Source of the DNA: Candidatus Dormiibacterota bacterium | GTDB taxonomy: Bacteria; Chloroflexota; Dormibacteria; Aeolococcales; Aeolococcaceae | NCBI GenBank assembly: GCA_963709585.1 | Contig: CAVPXI010000007.1 | Coordinates: 288,001 to 352,000, forward strand | Reading direction: 5' to 3' | DNA: 64,000 nucleotides | Translations under genes and position numbers: made by a program | The notes under the pieces: generated by a model | Databases searched by the model: none | What the model saw: the letters and a program-made list of their open reading frames with translations, nothing else | Told to the model about the DNA's origin: nothing | In this document: positions 1 to 10,616 of the stretch, in pieces | How positions within the stretch are numbered: position 1 is the first letter of the stretch | Layout of the letters: every line of letters begins with the position of its first letter

Positions 1-2
1 CC

Positions 3-863
3 AACACGCTCTATGCCTCCGACCCGTCCGGTTCAACAGTCTCCGTGATCGATACTGCCGCCTGTAATGCCACCCATACCGCCGGATGTCCGCGTAAACC
101 TGCGACGATCACCGTCGGCGAGGCACCGGGACCACCGGTGCTCGACACGGCGACCCAGACCCTCTATCTGCCCTTTGGGGCCAGTGCAAATCAGGTGGAT
201 GTCGTGAATGTGGCCTCCTGTAACGCTGAGGTCGCTTCGGGCTGCGGGAAGACTCAAGGCGTCGTCAATGTCGGCGAGGGGACGGACACTCTGGGACTGA
301 GCGCCAAGACCGACACGATCTACGCGCCTGGTGTCGGGGTTCCCTTTGCCACGGGAAATACGGTTTCGGTGATCAACGGAGCGACCTGCAACGGCACCAA
401 CCACTCCGGCTGCAGCCACGTGGCCGCGACTGTGACCGTCGGGCTTGGTCCCTACGGGGTCGCCGTGGACGACGCAACAAATACCGTCTACGTGACGAAC
501 GATGGAAGCGGTGACGTGCCCGGGACCGTGTCGGTGATCAACGGCGCCGCGTGCAACGGCGCCGATATCGCAGGTTGCGCGGGACCCATCCCCACGGCCT
601 CGGTCGGCCGGGCGCCTCACCTGGCTGTCGTCGACCCCAGCACAAACATCGTGTACATCACCGATCACGGTGGCGGAGCGGTGTCAGAGCTCAACGGAGC
701 CACATGCAATGCGATAGTCATGAGTGGCTGCAGTACCGCCGCGGGCTTGCAGGTGACGGTTTCTGAACCGGTCGGACTGGCGGTGAATCCTGCGACCAAT
801 ACCGTCTACGCAATGACATCCCTGGTGCCCGGCGCAATGTCGATATTCGGCGGCGAACCCTAG
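3..863 (+). CDS. YncE/YVTN-like beta-propeller repeat protein (5'-truncated by window edge)
   Basis: Frame is open from base 3 (NTLYASDPSGSTVSVID...). Repeated 'TVSVINGAxCN' and 'xAVDxATNTVYV' blade motifs. Confidence 0.8.
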   Translation, partial: NTLYASDPSGSTVSVIDTAACNATHTAGCPRKPATITVGEAPGPPVLDTATQTLYLPFGASANQVDVVNVASCNAEVASGCGKTQGVVNVGEGTDTLGLSAKTDTIYAPGVGVPFATGNTVSVINGATCNGTNHSGCSHVAATVTVGLGPYGVAVDDATNTVYVTNDGSGDVPGTVSVINGAACNGADIAGCAGPIPTASVGRAPHLAVVDPSTNIVYITDHGGGAVSELNGATCNAIVMSGCSTAAGLQVTVSEPVGLAVNPATNTVYAMTSLVPGAMSIFGGEP

Positions 864-912
864 GCGGATCGCTCGCCCCTGTCGAGGTTTGACCCACGGA
901 GGGCTGCCTCGA

Positions 913-2962
913 TCAGCGATCTTCTCCGGGAACGTTGCAGTATGCAAGCACCTGAGCCGGAAACGTCTTGACGTCGATCGGCTTGACGATGACCCCAGCA
1001 AAGCCGGCGCGCGCAAATCGGTCCCGATCGATCGCCATCACTGATGCTGTCACCGCAACCACGGTCGTGCCGGTCGTAGCCGGATCGGCTCTCAGGTGTT
1101 CGAGCGCAGTGACGCCGCTCATGCGTGGGAGCTCGATGTCCATGAGAATGATGTCGGGAGCCGCCGTCGCCGCGATTTCGAGTCCATGTTGGGCGTCGGC
1201 TGCCTCGAGTGTGCGGAAGCCGTAAAGCCGCAGGAGGTCGCGGGTGAGCGTGAGATTCTTCTCATTGTCCTCGATTATGAGCACCAGCTGACCGTTCGCG
1301 CGGTGGCTCACAAGAGAGCTGGCGCCGTTTCCAGGGGCTCGTTCGATGATGGCTGGATCTACCGGGCCGACACGGTCATTAGAAACGCTAGAGGCGGTGG
1401 ATCGACGGGACATCGGCAAACTGAACGTGAAGGTGCTGCCATGCCCGACTGCGCTCTCCACGTTGAGTTGGCCGCCGTGCAACTCAACGAAACGCCGCGA
1501 CAATGCGAGTCCCAACCCCGTCCCCTCCTGCACGGTGAATCCGCCAACCTGTTCGAAGTTTTCGAATATCCGTGCCTGATCCGTGGGTGCGATGCCGACG
1601 CCATCGTCGCGTACGCTGATCACAATCGCATCGCCGAGGTAACGTGCGATGACGTCGACGTGCCCGCCTCGATCGGTGAAGTTCAGCGCGTTCGAGAGCA
1701 GGTTGAAGAGCACCTGCTTGAGGAGTCGCTCGTCTGCCTCGACCAGGCCAACATTCGGGTCCACGTCGAGCCGCAGCGCGATGCCCTGCCGGGTGGCTCG
1801 CTCGCGCAAGAGTTCAGTCGCATTCTGCAGCATCTCATCCAGAGCGAAGCGGCTCAGCTGCAGCTGCATGCGCCCCGCCTCGATCTTTGACAGATCGAGG
1901 ACATCGTTGATGAGCGTCAACAGATGCCGAACTCGACGTCTGGATGGCAGTCACATACTGCGTCTGCTTCTCATTGAGATCGCCGACCATCTGCTCATGC
2001 AGAAGATCGGAGAAGCCGATCACGGCGTTGAGCGGCGTCCGCAGCTCGTGGGACATGTTCGCCAGGAAGTCCGTCTTGTGCTTGCTTGCCGCCTCAACCT
2101 CCTGATACAGGCGCCCCAGCTCGTCGTTCATGCGGTTGAGGTTTGCCGCCAGCTCACCCAGCTCGTCGCGATTCGGCACATCGACGTGCCCCGAGAAGTC
2201 GCCGGCGGCGATCGCCGCCAGTTTCGCATTCACCTTCCGGATTGGCCCGAGGAGCATCCTGGAGAGGATGAACGCGAGAAGTACGGCAAGCACTGCGCTC
2301 GCGGCGGCAACGCCGATGAACAGGTGCTGGGAGCCGAGATATGAGGCAGTGTTCTGCTCGGGTAGGTCCGTTGATAACTCTTGAGTATTGACGACCAGTT
2401 TGTCGGCGTCAGCGGCCAGGATATTGTTGTAATCCATGTCTGGGAGGTTGTTGTCGTACGTAGCGTTCAGGTCACCCCACTCGAGCGCCGCCATGTCCTT
2501 GGAGATCGCGCCATATTTCGAGTGGATATCAGTGAGGAGGTTCAATTCGTTGGAGGGGGGCGTGAAACCGAGCGCGTCGAGTTCGGTCTTGGGCTCCATT
2601 GACTCGAGTGTTGAGGCGATCTCGCCGTCATACTCCGCGAGTTGAGGGAGCGAAGCGCTTTCACTCGATGCTCCACAATTTCCGTTGAGGAAACACTCAA
2701 CAACGAGCGCGCTCCGGTGCTGCAACTCGACGCCGAGGTGCACGCTGTCGTCCAGGAGCTGCTGATATGCCGCCAGGCGTTGGGGCAATTGACTGAGCGT
2801 TCCGGCGCGGGTGTTCGACTGACTCAGGACGCCCAGACCCAACGCGCCAACCGTTACCAACAGGGCCACGATAACCGCAAAGGCAAACAGAAGCTTGCGT
2901 TGCAAGGAGGTGGAAATACGCGCGATGGCGCGTACCAGCAAGTTGTCAGCGGGCGTGGCCAC
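913..2962 (-). CDS. Hybrid sensor histidine kinase/response regulator (HAMP-HisKA-HATPase-REC), split by a +1 frameshift at 1930-1931
   Basis: Two TM segments, HAMP (NRDELGELAANLNRM), H-box ANMSHELRTPLN, N/G boxes (NLLSNA, DDGVGI, GTGLGL) and REC (IIEDN, LMDIELP). Removing one base gives ...QTSSRHLLTLINDVLDLSKIEAG. Confidence 0.9.
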
Positions 2963-3025
2963 AACTCCGCCGGCATCCTCTCACGGACGGCCTTCTCTGG
3001 GGAATGGGCAACGGGTTGCTTGCGC

Positions 3026-4906
3026 TCAGGACCAACGCCAGTTCTCCGGGTAGATCTGCAACAGCGGATCCTGAGGGAGGGTGCCCCGCAGGGCCTTGTT
3101 GATCATGGACAGCTGCCCGTAAGCAACGGGCAGCCAGATGACCGGCAGTTGCTTCGCGATGTAGTCTTCGTAGGTGTGCAACGCCGACACGTTGTTGCTG
3201 GACTCGGTGGCCAGAATGTCGCTTTCGGCCTGCTGATCACAATAACCACCGGCGTCAGATCCGGCTAGCATCTGGTCGTTGCCTGATCCGCTACACGCCC
3301 AGAGTTCGTCACCGGTTGGGTAGTAATCAGGGGCGTAGAACCAGCCAGCGCCCCAGAACTGCATGTCCCACGTACATGACGTTCCCCCGCACGCGAACGC
3401 GTTGCCAATGACCGTGTTGAATGGCGCGGTGCTCAGGTTGATCTGAATGCCGGCCAATGCGTAGTCGGACCTGAACTGGGCCATCTCCTGGTCCAGCGAG
3501 GACTGTCCGCTCACGTACTGAAGGCCGAATGATGCCTTCGCGCCCTGCGGAATGCCGGCGCCGCAGTGGCCGGTGCCACCGCCCGGGCTGCTGCAGACGC
3601 TCACGCCGCCCACGTTGACGGTCCACCCGTTGGCCTGGAGCAGGGACACGGCAGCACTCGGGTCGTAGGGGTACGGATTGGTCTTCTCGAACGCGTCGAC
3701 GAACTTCGAGGACGGCTTGATCGGCACCGGGCCGTACGTCGGATATCCGTACCCGAAGAAGGCCTTGGCGATGAACGTGTTCTGATCGACCAGATCCTGC
3801 ATCGCCTGTCTGAAGTACAGCTGACTGAAGATCGGTCCACTGGTCGGGTTGGTGAAGTTCTCCGGTACGTAGGTGATCTGCCAACCGGTCCACGGTTGGA
3901 AGTTGTAGATGCTGCTCAGTGAGGCTCTTTGTGGGACGTCATCGTCAGGGATGTACCCGTAGTCGATGCTGGTGTTGGTCACCGAGGTCGCCGCTCTGAG
4001 CTGGTTGAACTCGGTGGTGTCCTCGGTGAACGGAACCTCGTTGAACTGCGTGAGGGTCGGCTTGATCGGTCCGCCGTAGTCGGGGTTCGGCACCATCGAG
4101 ACGTTGCCCGCAGTGTCCATCGACTTCAGCTTCCATGGACCCGAAACCACCTGCCAGAGCGGGTCGGTATCGTAGGTCGAGATGCTGTTCGACTCAAAAT
4201 CGAGGAGCTTGTAGACCGCCTGCGCGCCGGCTGGGGTCTCGTCGTAGTTACCCACCGCGCCGGTCGGCAACTCCTTGTCCCAGACGTGCTGGGGAAGCGG
4301 GGTGATCTGGCTCAGCTCGTTGTAAGTGAAGAAGTACGAGCCGTACGCCTCGGTGAGGTTGAAGGTGATCTGCAGCGGGTTGGTCGGGCTGATCGTCGTG
4401 CTCAGGACATTGTCGGGATAGTTGCTCGCCGAGTAGCCGGCCCAGTCGGCCTTGTTGGCGGTGACCAGGTTCTGCCAGAACTGGATGTCGCGCGCCGTGA
4501 TCTGGGTCCCGTCCGACCACTTCCAGCCTTTGAGGGTGATGGTCACCGACTTGCCGTCCGCGGAGTAGACGGGCGGATCGGCTAGGCTGAGGCTCGTGTT
4601 CAACTGGACCTGGCCGTTGGTGCCGAACCAGTAGAGCGGCCGGTACATGAGGTACTGGAACTGGCTCAAGGTCCCGGTATTGAAATCCTGGTTGCGCACA
4701 AGCGGGAAGATGTAGTTCGGTTGCGCCCCCGGTGACTCCGCGAACGTAGCCGTGGTCTTCTTGACCATCGGGCCGGTGGAGGGGCCGCTGCCGCACGCAG
4801 CGAGCAGCATCGCCCCCAAACCGACCACCGCGGGCCACCCCGTGGCCGTCCTGGCCATCGTCACGGAAGCAATATACCGAGAGCCCAGAGGTACTGCAGC
4901 GCTCAA
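3026..4906 (-). CDS. Peptide/oligosaccharide ABC substrate-binding lipoprotein (SBP family 5), stand-alone
   Basis: Lipobox LLAAC; 'ITLKGWKWSDGTQITARD' family-5 signature; 'FRQAMQDLVD'. Start could be ATG 4858. Confidence 0.85.
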   Translation of the reverse strand: MSAAVPLGSRYIASVTMARTATGWPAVVGLGAMLLAACGSGPSTGPMVKKTTATFAESPGAQPNYIFPLVRNQDFNTGTLSQFQYLMYRPLYWFGTNGQVQLNTSLSLADPPVYSADGKSVTITLKGWKWSDGTQITARDIQFWQNLVTANKADWAGYSASNYPDNVLSTTISPTNPLQITFNLTEAYGSYFFTYNELSQITPLPQHVWDKELPTGAVGNYDETPAGAQAVYKLLDFESNSISTYDTDPLWQVVSGPWKLKSMDTAGNVSMVPNPDYGGPIKPTLTQFNEVPFTEDTTEFNQLRAATSVTNTSIDYGYIPDDDVPQRASLSSIYNFQPWTGWQITYVPENFTNPTSGPIFSQLYFRQAMQDLVDQNTFIAKAFFGYGYPTYGPVPIKPSSKFVDAFEKTNPYPYDPSAAVSLLQANGWTVNVGGVSVCSSPGGGTGHCGAGIPQGAKASFGLQYVSGQSSLDQEMAQFRSDYALAGIQINLSTAPFNTVIGNAFACGGTSCTWDMQFWGAGWFYAPDYYPTGDELWACSGSGNDQMLAGSDAGGYCDQQAESDILATESSNNVSALHTYEDYIAKQLPVIWLPVAYGQLSMINKALRGTLPQDPLLQIYPENWRWS

Positions 4907-5031
4907 TCATCAGCCATCACCTCACCTGTCACCCCGTGATGCGCTATCACAGAGTCCGATTCCCGCGCCGTGCCCCGTCTCGACCGTTCATTGCCTGTGA
5001 CGACTGAGCACGGCGCGGGCCGCGATGTGCG

Positions 5032-6017
5032 CTAGCCCTCGATGTTGACCAGGAAGCCGTGGAAGGAAGCGATGGGGCTTTCGACGTACAAACCCACCAC
5101 GACGTCACCGTTTGGGCTGATGTTCTTAATGAACGTTCCGTCGCCGGCCCTGTGCCGGCATGCGGGTCGTCAAGGGGCGAGAACTGCCAGTCGCGCAACA
5201 GCCATCCATGCGTAGCGCCGCCGCCGTTGATAATGGTGCCGTCGATACTTCCGCGGTGCGAGATCGCGCTCGGCGTCGTGCCCTGTCCGGCGCCGCTGCC
5301 AGCTCCCGGAGCGTTGATGGTCGTGAAGTTCCCCGACGTGTCAACGAAGCCATGGCTGACGTTGTGATTGTCGATGTACTCTCCGACGACTACTCCGGCG
5401 TCGTTCTCACTGGTCAGGATCGTGCCCTGGCCGGCGCTGACGCCGGCGTGAGGCGCATTCACCGTAGTGAAGACGCCAGCGTTGTCCACGAACCCGTGGT
5501 TGACGTTGTTGCTGTCGAGATACTGGCCGACAACCACACCCTTGTCGTTGAGACCCTCTGGAATCGTGCCGGCGCCGCCGGAGCCCACCTTCGGGTCGTT
5601 GATGACGCTGAAGGCGCCTCGAGGCCCTCGCACGAAACCGTGCCAGATCCCGGTGTCATCGATGTATGCGCCGGCGACAGTGTTCGTGTTGTTGATGCCG
5701 GATGGGAACGTGACCCCGGACGTCCCCGGGTAGTCGAACTGGACGACACGCCCTCCGGATATGACGTAGCCGTGATAGCCACCCCCGGCGTCCAGATACG
5801 TACCCGTCATGACCCCGGCGTCATTGACACCGTTGACGTAGCTGCCGAACTTTCCGACGTTGACAGTGAGGTAATGCAGCGACCTATGTGCTGCCTGGGC
5901 CTGCAACGATGACGAGGCCGTGAGGGCGACTCCAGCACTCGCTGTCGCTGCCGCTACGACAAACGTCTTCCGTTTGCGGTTGATGACATCAGTCTGACCG
6001 AGCATGACCACACCCAC
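5032..6017 (-). CDS. Secreted HAF-like extracellular repeat protein; apparent -1 frameshift near 5145-5150
   Basis: Signal peptide; repeats 'GINDxGxVVGxYxDxxxxxHGF'. The last repeat (GDGTFIKNISPNGDVVVGLY...HGFLVNIEG*) continues in another frame to the stop at 5032. Confidence 0.75.
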
Positions 6018-6614
6018 GCTGCGGGCTGGTCGTTAGCGTGACGGCCGAGTTGCCCGCGTCCGCTTACTCAGGCGGTCACCAGAGGTGCACGCATGTTCAA
6101 CCGGACTGAACATCTCCGACGCGGCGTAGGTGGCAGTGCGCCGGCTCTCCAGTTGGCCGTCGATGGTTCTCGCAAGCGTCCGTCAGCGTGACCTCTGCCT
6201 CCGCGTCGCCAAGAACCCTCGAACTGCGAACCGGGCGGCGGTAGGCTCCGGGCATGAACGCGCGTACAACGCATGCCAGATGGACTGATGAGACGTCAGT
6301 CGCGGCTAGCGCAGACCTCTGCAGAATGCTGAGGCCAGTCGCGATCGGCGGGGCCTGGATGTGTCTAATGCCAGATTAGTCGCTCGAACTCCTGGCGTCG
6401 GCATCGCCACCCTCGAACTCAAACGTATTGGCTGATCCGACAACTCCGATGCTCGCGATCGACTGCTCGATAAGCAATCGCTGGCTAACCGCCATCTTGG
6501 GATCGATGAGGAGTTGGGCCCCCAATCGCGCAGGCTCGGTCGCCGCGGAATTGAACCGCTCGGATGCTCCCGCTTCGACACCTGAGCGCCGTGGCATGCG
6601 CGGGGCGGCTTCTC

Positions 6615-6923
6615 CTAGGTTCTGTCACGCACTTCATGAGCCTCGAGTGCGCCTTCGACGAACCCCGCCCGCCAGAACCGATCGTCGTGCCCGTGCCAGT
6701 CATCGTTCCAGAGTGTTTGCCACTTCCTAAGTGCGGTCGAGCCGATCTCATCGGCGAGCTTGAGACATCGCTGCCAGTGCCTCATTTCCACACTTGCGGG
6801 ACCGAATCCCTGCTGCTCGTACATGTAGCGGAGCTGGTCGAGCTCTGATCGCTGTGCTTGGTCGCGCGCCCAGCGCCGGCCACATTCCTTGCCCCGCGCG
6901 CGGTCGACTGCGTGATCAGGCAT
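6615..6923 (-). CDS. Hypothetical protein (~102 aa)
   Basis: ATG at 6923; protein-like composition (GRRWARDQA...FWRAGFVEGALEA). No family recognised. Confidence 0.5.
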   Translation of the reverse strand: MPDHAVDRARGKECGRRWARDQAQRSELDQLRYMYEQQGFGPASVEMRHWQRCLKLADEIGSTALRKWQTLWNDDWHGHDDRFWRAGFVEGALEAHEVRDRT

Positions 6924-7375
6924 GCTAGCGCAGTGTAGGCGCGCACCGCTTACCACGCGCGCGCGCCGCTGTGGGGAGTTTAGGAATCCCGTCACCCGTC
7001 TGGACAGCGCGAGCATGCTACTTGTTACTGCAATTGTTACGTGGCGAGCCGAGAACTCTCAATAGAACCTGCGCCAGACACTGGCACATGGCCAGGCCGA
7101 GGTCCGCTGAGGAGACTCGACGGGCTGCGATCAACCCACCCGCTGACGGCGATGTCCTCGCCGTTCAATGCGGTTGCCATCCTTCCGAACCCTTTATTGA
7201 CGCTCGCTACAGTCGCTCTCGAATCGCGCAGGGCGAAGTCGCAGGCTGGCGGGACGATGACCGGCATTCGCGAAAGGAACTGGCCGCGCCAGCCTAAGCG
7301 CTGATTCCCGCACGACGTCTGTGTCCTTTGCGCGAGCGCTTGCGCGGCCTGTGTTATAGCCACGGGTGACTAGAA

Positions 7376-7419
7376 GTCCGGAGGCGCGGACTCGAACCGC
7401 GGGCCCCTGGTCCCCCAGA
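7376..7419 (-). other. tRNA-Pro(GGG) 3'-half remnant (att-site-like)
   Basis: Minus strand reads CTGGGGG (loop) ACCAG GGGCC CGCGG-TTCGAGT-CCGCG CCTCCGG A. T-arm intact; no D-arm or 5' half upstream. Confidence 0.65.
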
Positions 7420-7445
7420 TTTTAGAGTGCAACCTTCGGTGATTG

Positions 7446-8057
7446 CTACAAGACTTTGTCGCTTCCACCTATTCGCGGCTGGACTTCGCGCACGACTTCG
7501 TAAGTGATGAAGACGAGGCCGTCCCCGACGATCCGGGTGTCGACGAGGCGCATTGGCTTCTTGTCGCTGGTCTCGCCGAAAAGGCGTTCGCCGGCCCCGA
7601 GCACGACCGGGTAGACCATCAACCGCAGCTGGTCGACGAGGTCGTGCTCCATCAGCGTGTGCACGAGGTGACCGCTTGCGGCGACGACGATTTCCCCGTC
7701 CAGCTTCTGCCTCAGCTTCGAGACCTCATTCACCACATCGCCGGTCAGGACCGTGGAGTTGTTCCAGGCGGGATCTACGAGCGTGGAGGACACAACATAC
7801 TTGGGCATGCTGTTCAACCTGTCCGCCCACTCGCCCGTTCGGGATGGCCACCGGGCCGCCAAGAACTCATAGCTCCGCCGACCCAACAGGAAGGCCTCGG
7901 CACCGAGCGCCTCGGCGAACCCGACCTTGGCCCAGCCCTCGCGGTCCTTGTCCCCAATCTGGGCGAACCATCCGCCATACCTGAAGCCCTCCTCACCGGT
8001 CGGGTCCTGGACGACTCCGTCGAGCGTGACGTTCTCGCTGACCACGATCTTTCCCAT
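7446..8057 (-). CDS. Dihydrofolate reductase / RibD C-terminal family protein
   Basis: MGKIVVSENVTLDGVVQDP, LLGRRSYE, MPKYVVSSTL, DLVDQLRLMVYPVVLGAGERLF. Confidence 0.92.
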   Translation of the reverse strand: MGKIVVSENVTLDGVVQDPTGEEGFRYGGWFAQIGDKDREGWAKVGFAEALGAEAFLLGRRSYEFLAARWPSRTGEWADRLNSMPKYVVSSTLVDPAWNNSTVLTGDVVNEVSKLRQKLDGEIVVAASGHLVHTLMEHDLVDQLRLMVYPVVLGAGERLFGETSDKKPMRLVDTRIVGDGLVFITYEVVREVQPRIGGSDKVL

Positions 8058-8128
8058 TTCGGTTCTCCCGTCGTTGGTGGTAATCGAGTCACTACTGATG
8101 TAGGGGCGCGACGCGTCCTACATTTGTT

Positions 8129-8689
8129 CTAGTCGACGGAGTCTCCGGGTCGGACGCCGGCCTTCGCATAGGGCATTCCGCTGCCAGTAGTGATCAGACT
8201 GGGCAAACTCGTGCGCATGAGGGATCCCCACGCGTTCGAGCAGACGTCAAAACACTCGAACTGGGACTGAAGTCCGATGTGGGTGAAGAGAACTTCTGTC
8301 TGTCCGTTCTGGCGGCTGATCTCAAAGCAAATCGTGGTACCGACCCACTCAGCTTGATCCTCGACAAAGTTCATGTGGTTTTCAAGGACGAGCCAGGCGA
8401 CGTTCTTGTTGGCCACGAGTTCGATGACTCGAAGTTTGCTGTAGTGGACGTCCTGGACACGGTACGTAAACTCGTCACCGACCCTCTGGCTACTGCCTTG
8501 GACGTCTTCACCCCACCATCCGCGAACGTCGTTGATGGCGTCGAAGACCTCTTTTGGGTTCTGGTCAACCCTAAATGAGACGGCATAATTGCTCACAGGT
8601 TCCGTCCTTGCCGTTAGTTCAGCGTGGGAGTGAGCTGGCAGCAATTCGTCTTCTCTCTGAGTAGTGCCTGTTTTATCCGCGACTGTCAC
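8129..8689 (-). CDS. SRPBCC (AHSA1-like) domain protein
   Basis: EVFDAINDVRGWW, EWVGTTICFEI, TEVLFTHIGL, ECFDVCSNAW. AAGGAGG RBS precedes GTG 8689. Confidence 0.85.
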   Translation of the reverse strand: MTVADKTGTTQREDELLPAHSHAELTARTEPVSNYAVSFRVDQNPKEVFDAINDVRGWWGEDVQGSSQRVGDEFTYRVQDVHYSKLRVIELVANKNVAWLVLENHMNFVEDQAEWVGTTICFEISRQNGQTEVLFTHIGLQSQFECFDVCSNAWGSLMRTSLPSLITTGSGMPYAKAGVRPGDSVD

Positions 8690-8802
8690 GACGTCCTCCT
8701 TATGAGTACGGGCTTGGGCAGGATCCCTACCCCGATTGCATGATGCAAGTGAGGATACCAGATAGACTTGCATCATGCAAGCTCTGATGGTAGGCTGAGA
8801 GC

Positions 8803-9366
8803 ATGCTCGGGAAAACCTATGACACTCAGGTGTGCTCGGCCGCTCGAGCGCTCGAACTCGTGGGCGAGCGGTGGAGCCTGCTGATCATCAGGGACGCGCT
8901 GTTCGCCTGCGCCACCCGGTTCAACGACTTCCTCAAGCTCGGAATCGCAACGAACATCCTCCAGAACCGCCTGGATGGATTCGTCGACGCCGGAATCATG
9001 GAGCGCCGGAACTACTCCCAGAAAACGGAACACTATGAATACCTGCTGACCGACAAGGGTCGCGACCTGGCTCCCGCCATCGTCTCGCTGACCGAATGGG
9101 GCGACCGCTGGGCGGCCCCCAACGGCCCACCCGTGCTCTACGTGCATTCCGTCTGCGGTGCTGCGATAACCCAGCAGACCACCTGCGCCAGTTGCGGCCA
9201 GGTGCACGATCCCACAGAGATTCACATACGACCAGGCCCCGGCATGCCCGCCGACATCGCCGCGCGTATGCGCAGACCGATTGTCACGGGCGGTGTCGTC
9301 GTCCGAAACAGCGCCAGCCAGACTGGAAGGGTCAACAGAAACATCCCGCGCCAACGAACCTCGTAA
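8803..9366 (+). CDS. HxlR-family winged-helix transcriptional regulator
   Basis: CSAARALELVGERWSLLIIRD, RFNDF, EYLLTDKGRDL. Divergent from the SRPBCC/DHFR pair. Confidence 0.92.
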   Translation: MLGKTYDTQVCSAARALELVGERWSLLIIRDALFACATRFNDFLKLGIATNILQNRLDGFVDAGIMERRNYSQKTEHYEYLLTDKGRDLAPAIVSLTEWGDRWAAPNGPPVLYVHSVCGAAITQQTTCASCGQVHDPTEIHIRPGPGMPADIAARMRRPIVTGGVVVRNSASQTGRVNRNIPRQRTS

Positions 9367-9449
9367 CTTGCTTGGGACGCGGCAATTCAAAGCCGCCAGG
9401 GCATTCGCCATCGGTCCTAGAAGTCCGCCAAGTGGCAAACTGAGCCGTA

Positions 9450-9650
9450 ATGTTGCGTCGCCTGTTCACCTGGCGGATGAACCTCTACCGGCTCATCGTT
9501 GGCGTCATCGTCCTGGCCATCGTGATCCCTGCATGGGCAGTTGGGGTACAGGCGATGTGGCTGGTCGCGATAGTGTGCGTCCTTGTCGTCATTGGCGCCG
9601 TCGGTGTTGGAACGCGTGTGTCGTCGATCCGAGAATGGTTGCGTCACTGA
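9450..9650 (+). CDS. Small membrane protein (2 TM)
   Basis: 66 aa with two hydrophobic helices. Confidence 0.5.
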   Translation: MLRRLFTWRMNLYRLIVGVIVLAIVIPAWAVGVQAMWLVAIVCVLVVIGAVGVGTRVSSIREWLRH

Positions 9651-10130
9651 TCACCTGGGTCCTGACGCGATACGCCATAGCGGAGGAACAGATGCCTGTC
9701 GACCGTCACGTGAGAACCGATCGCATCTGGTGAGCACCCAGGGTCGGCTGTCTGCTTTGTAGTGATACCGGTCAGTCCCGACGCACGGCACCAGGTCGAT
9801 GGGAAGTACTGAGTAATGTGGACTTAGCCCCTCTACAACCCCTCGATGATCTTGGCGTCCGTGAACCCGCGCGTATCGGCTGATCGAACGATACCCATGG
9901 TGATCATCGACTGATCTCAAGGTCCGCCATCGCGGGGCAGCAGGTCGTTCTTCGTTACGGCACATGGCGTACGGATTGCGCGGTGGAAGACACGTGACGT
10001 GGCGCTAATGCGGGGGTGTCTCGGGACACAACGGTGCTCATTTTGTGGCAAACTCGCCCCCCGGTCGACGACCGGCCCGGAGCCGAAGGATGGGTCTATC
10101 CGAGGCGCGTGAATGTAGAGGAAGTGCCAT

Positions 10131-10616
10131 ATGGCGATTGTGGGTCCGGCTCCTCCGATGCCACAAGACGAGTACGGATTGAGGATTGACGACCAGGTCG
10201 TGCAATTCCTCCAACTAAAACAGAAGCTTTCCTACTTCCTGATTACGGCTGCGGTCGCCGTAATAGCCTTCGTAGTCGGCTTCATCGCGGCGAACTCAAA
10301 GACTACCGCGGGATCGATAGCGATTACGCCGTTAGATGCAGTGCTCGTTATCGTGGGAAGTTCAGCTGGCATCGTAGGCGCGGGTGCGTCGCTTCTTTCG
10401 CTGCATTTCGGGCACCGATCCTTTGCTCTTCACCTCGAACACCGATATGACCACAAAGCGTATGCAGACCTTGACCGGTGTGACCAAATGGCGTGGGACC
10501 GAGTTGGCAAGTGGGCCCGCGTGTACTTGCTCACCGCCTTCGTGGCTCTATTTGTGGAGATCGTACTAATGGTGTCGTATTTTGTAGAATTCTTTCTCAT
10601 GAGGACACACGGATGA
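10131..10616 (+). CDS. Hypothetical membrane protein (3 TM)
   Basis: GAGGA RBS before ATG; three hydrophobic segments; lower GC than flanks. Confidence 0.65.
   Translation: MAIVGPAPPMPQDEYGLRIDDQVVQFLQLKQKLSYFLITAAVAVIAFVVGFIAANSKTTAGSIAITPLDAVLVIVGSSAGIVGAGASLLSLHFGHRSFALHLEHRYDHKAYADLDRCDQMAWDRVGKWARVYLLTAFVALFVEIVLMVSYFVEFFLMRTHG

Noticed and set aside
6427-6438. 12-bp match (ATTGGCTGATCC) to tRNA-Gln as the far att site
   Set aside because: Too short, with no T-arm or acceptor strand beside it; expected by chance.
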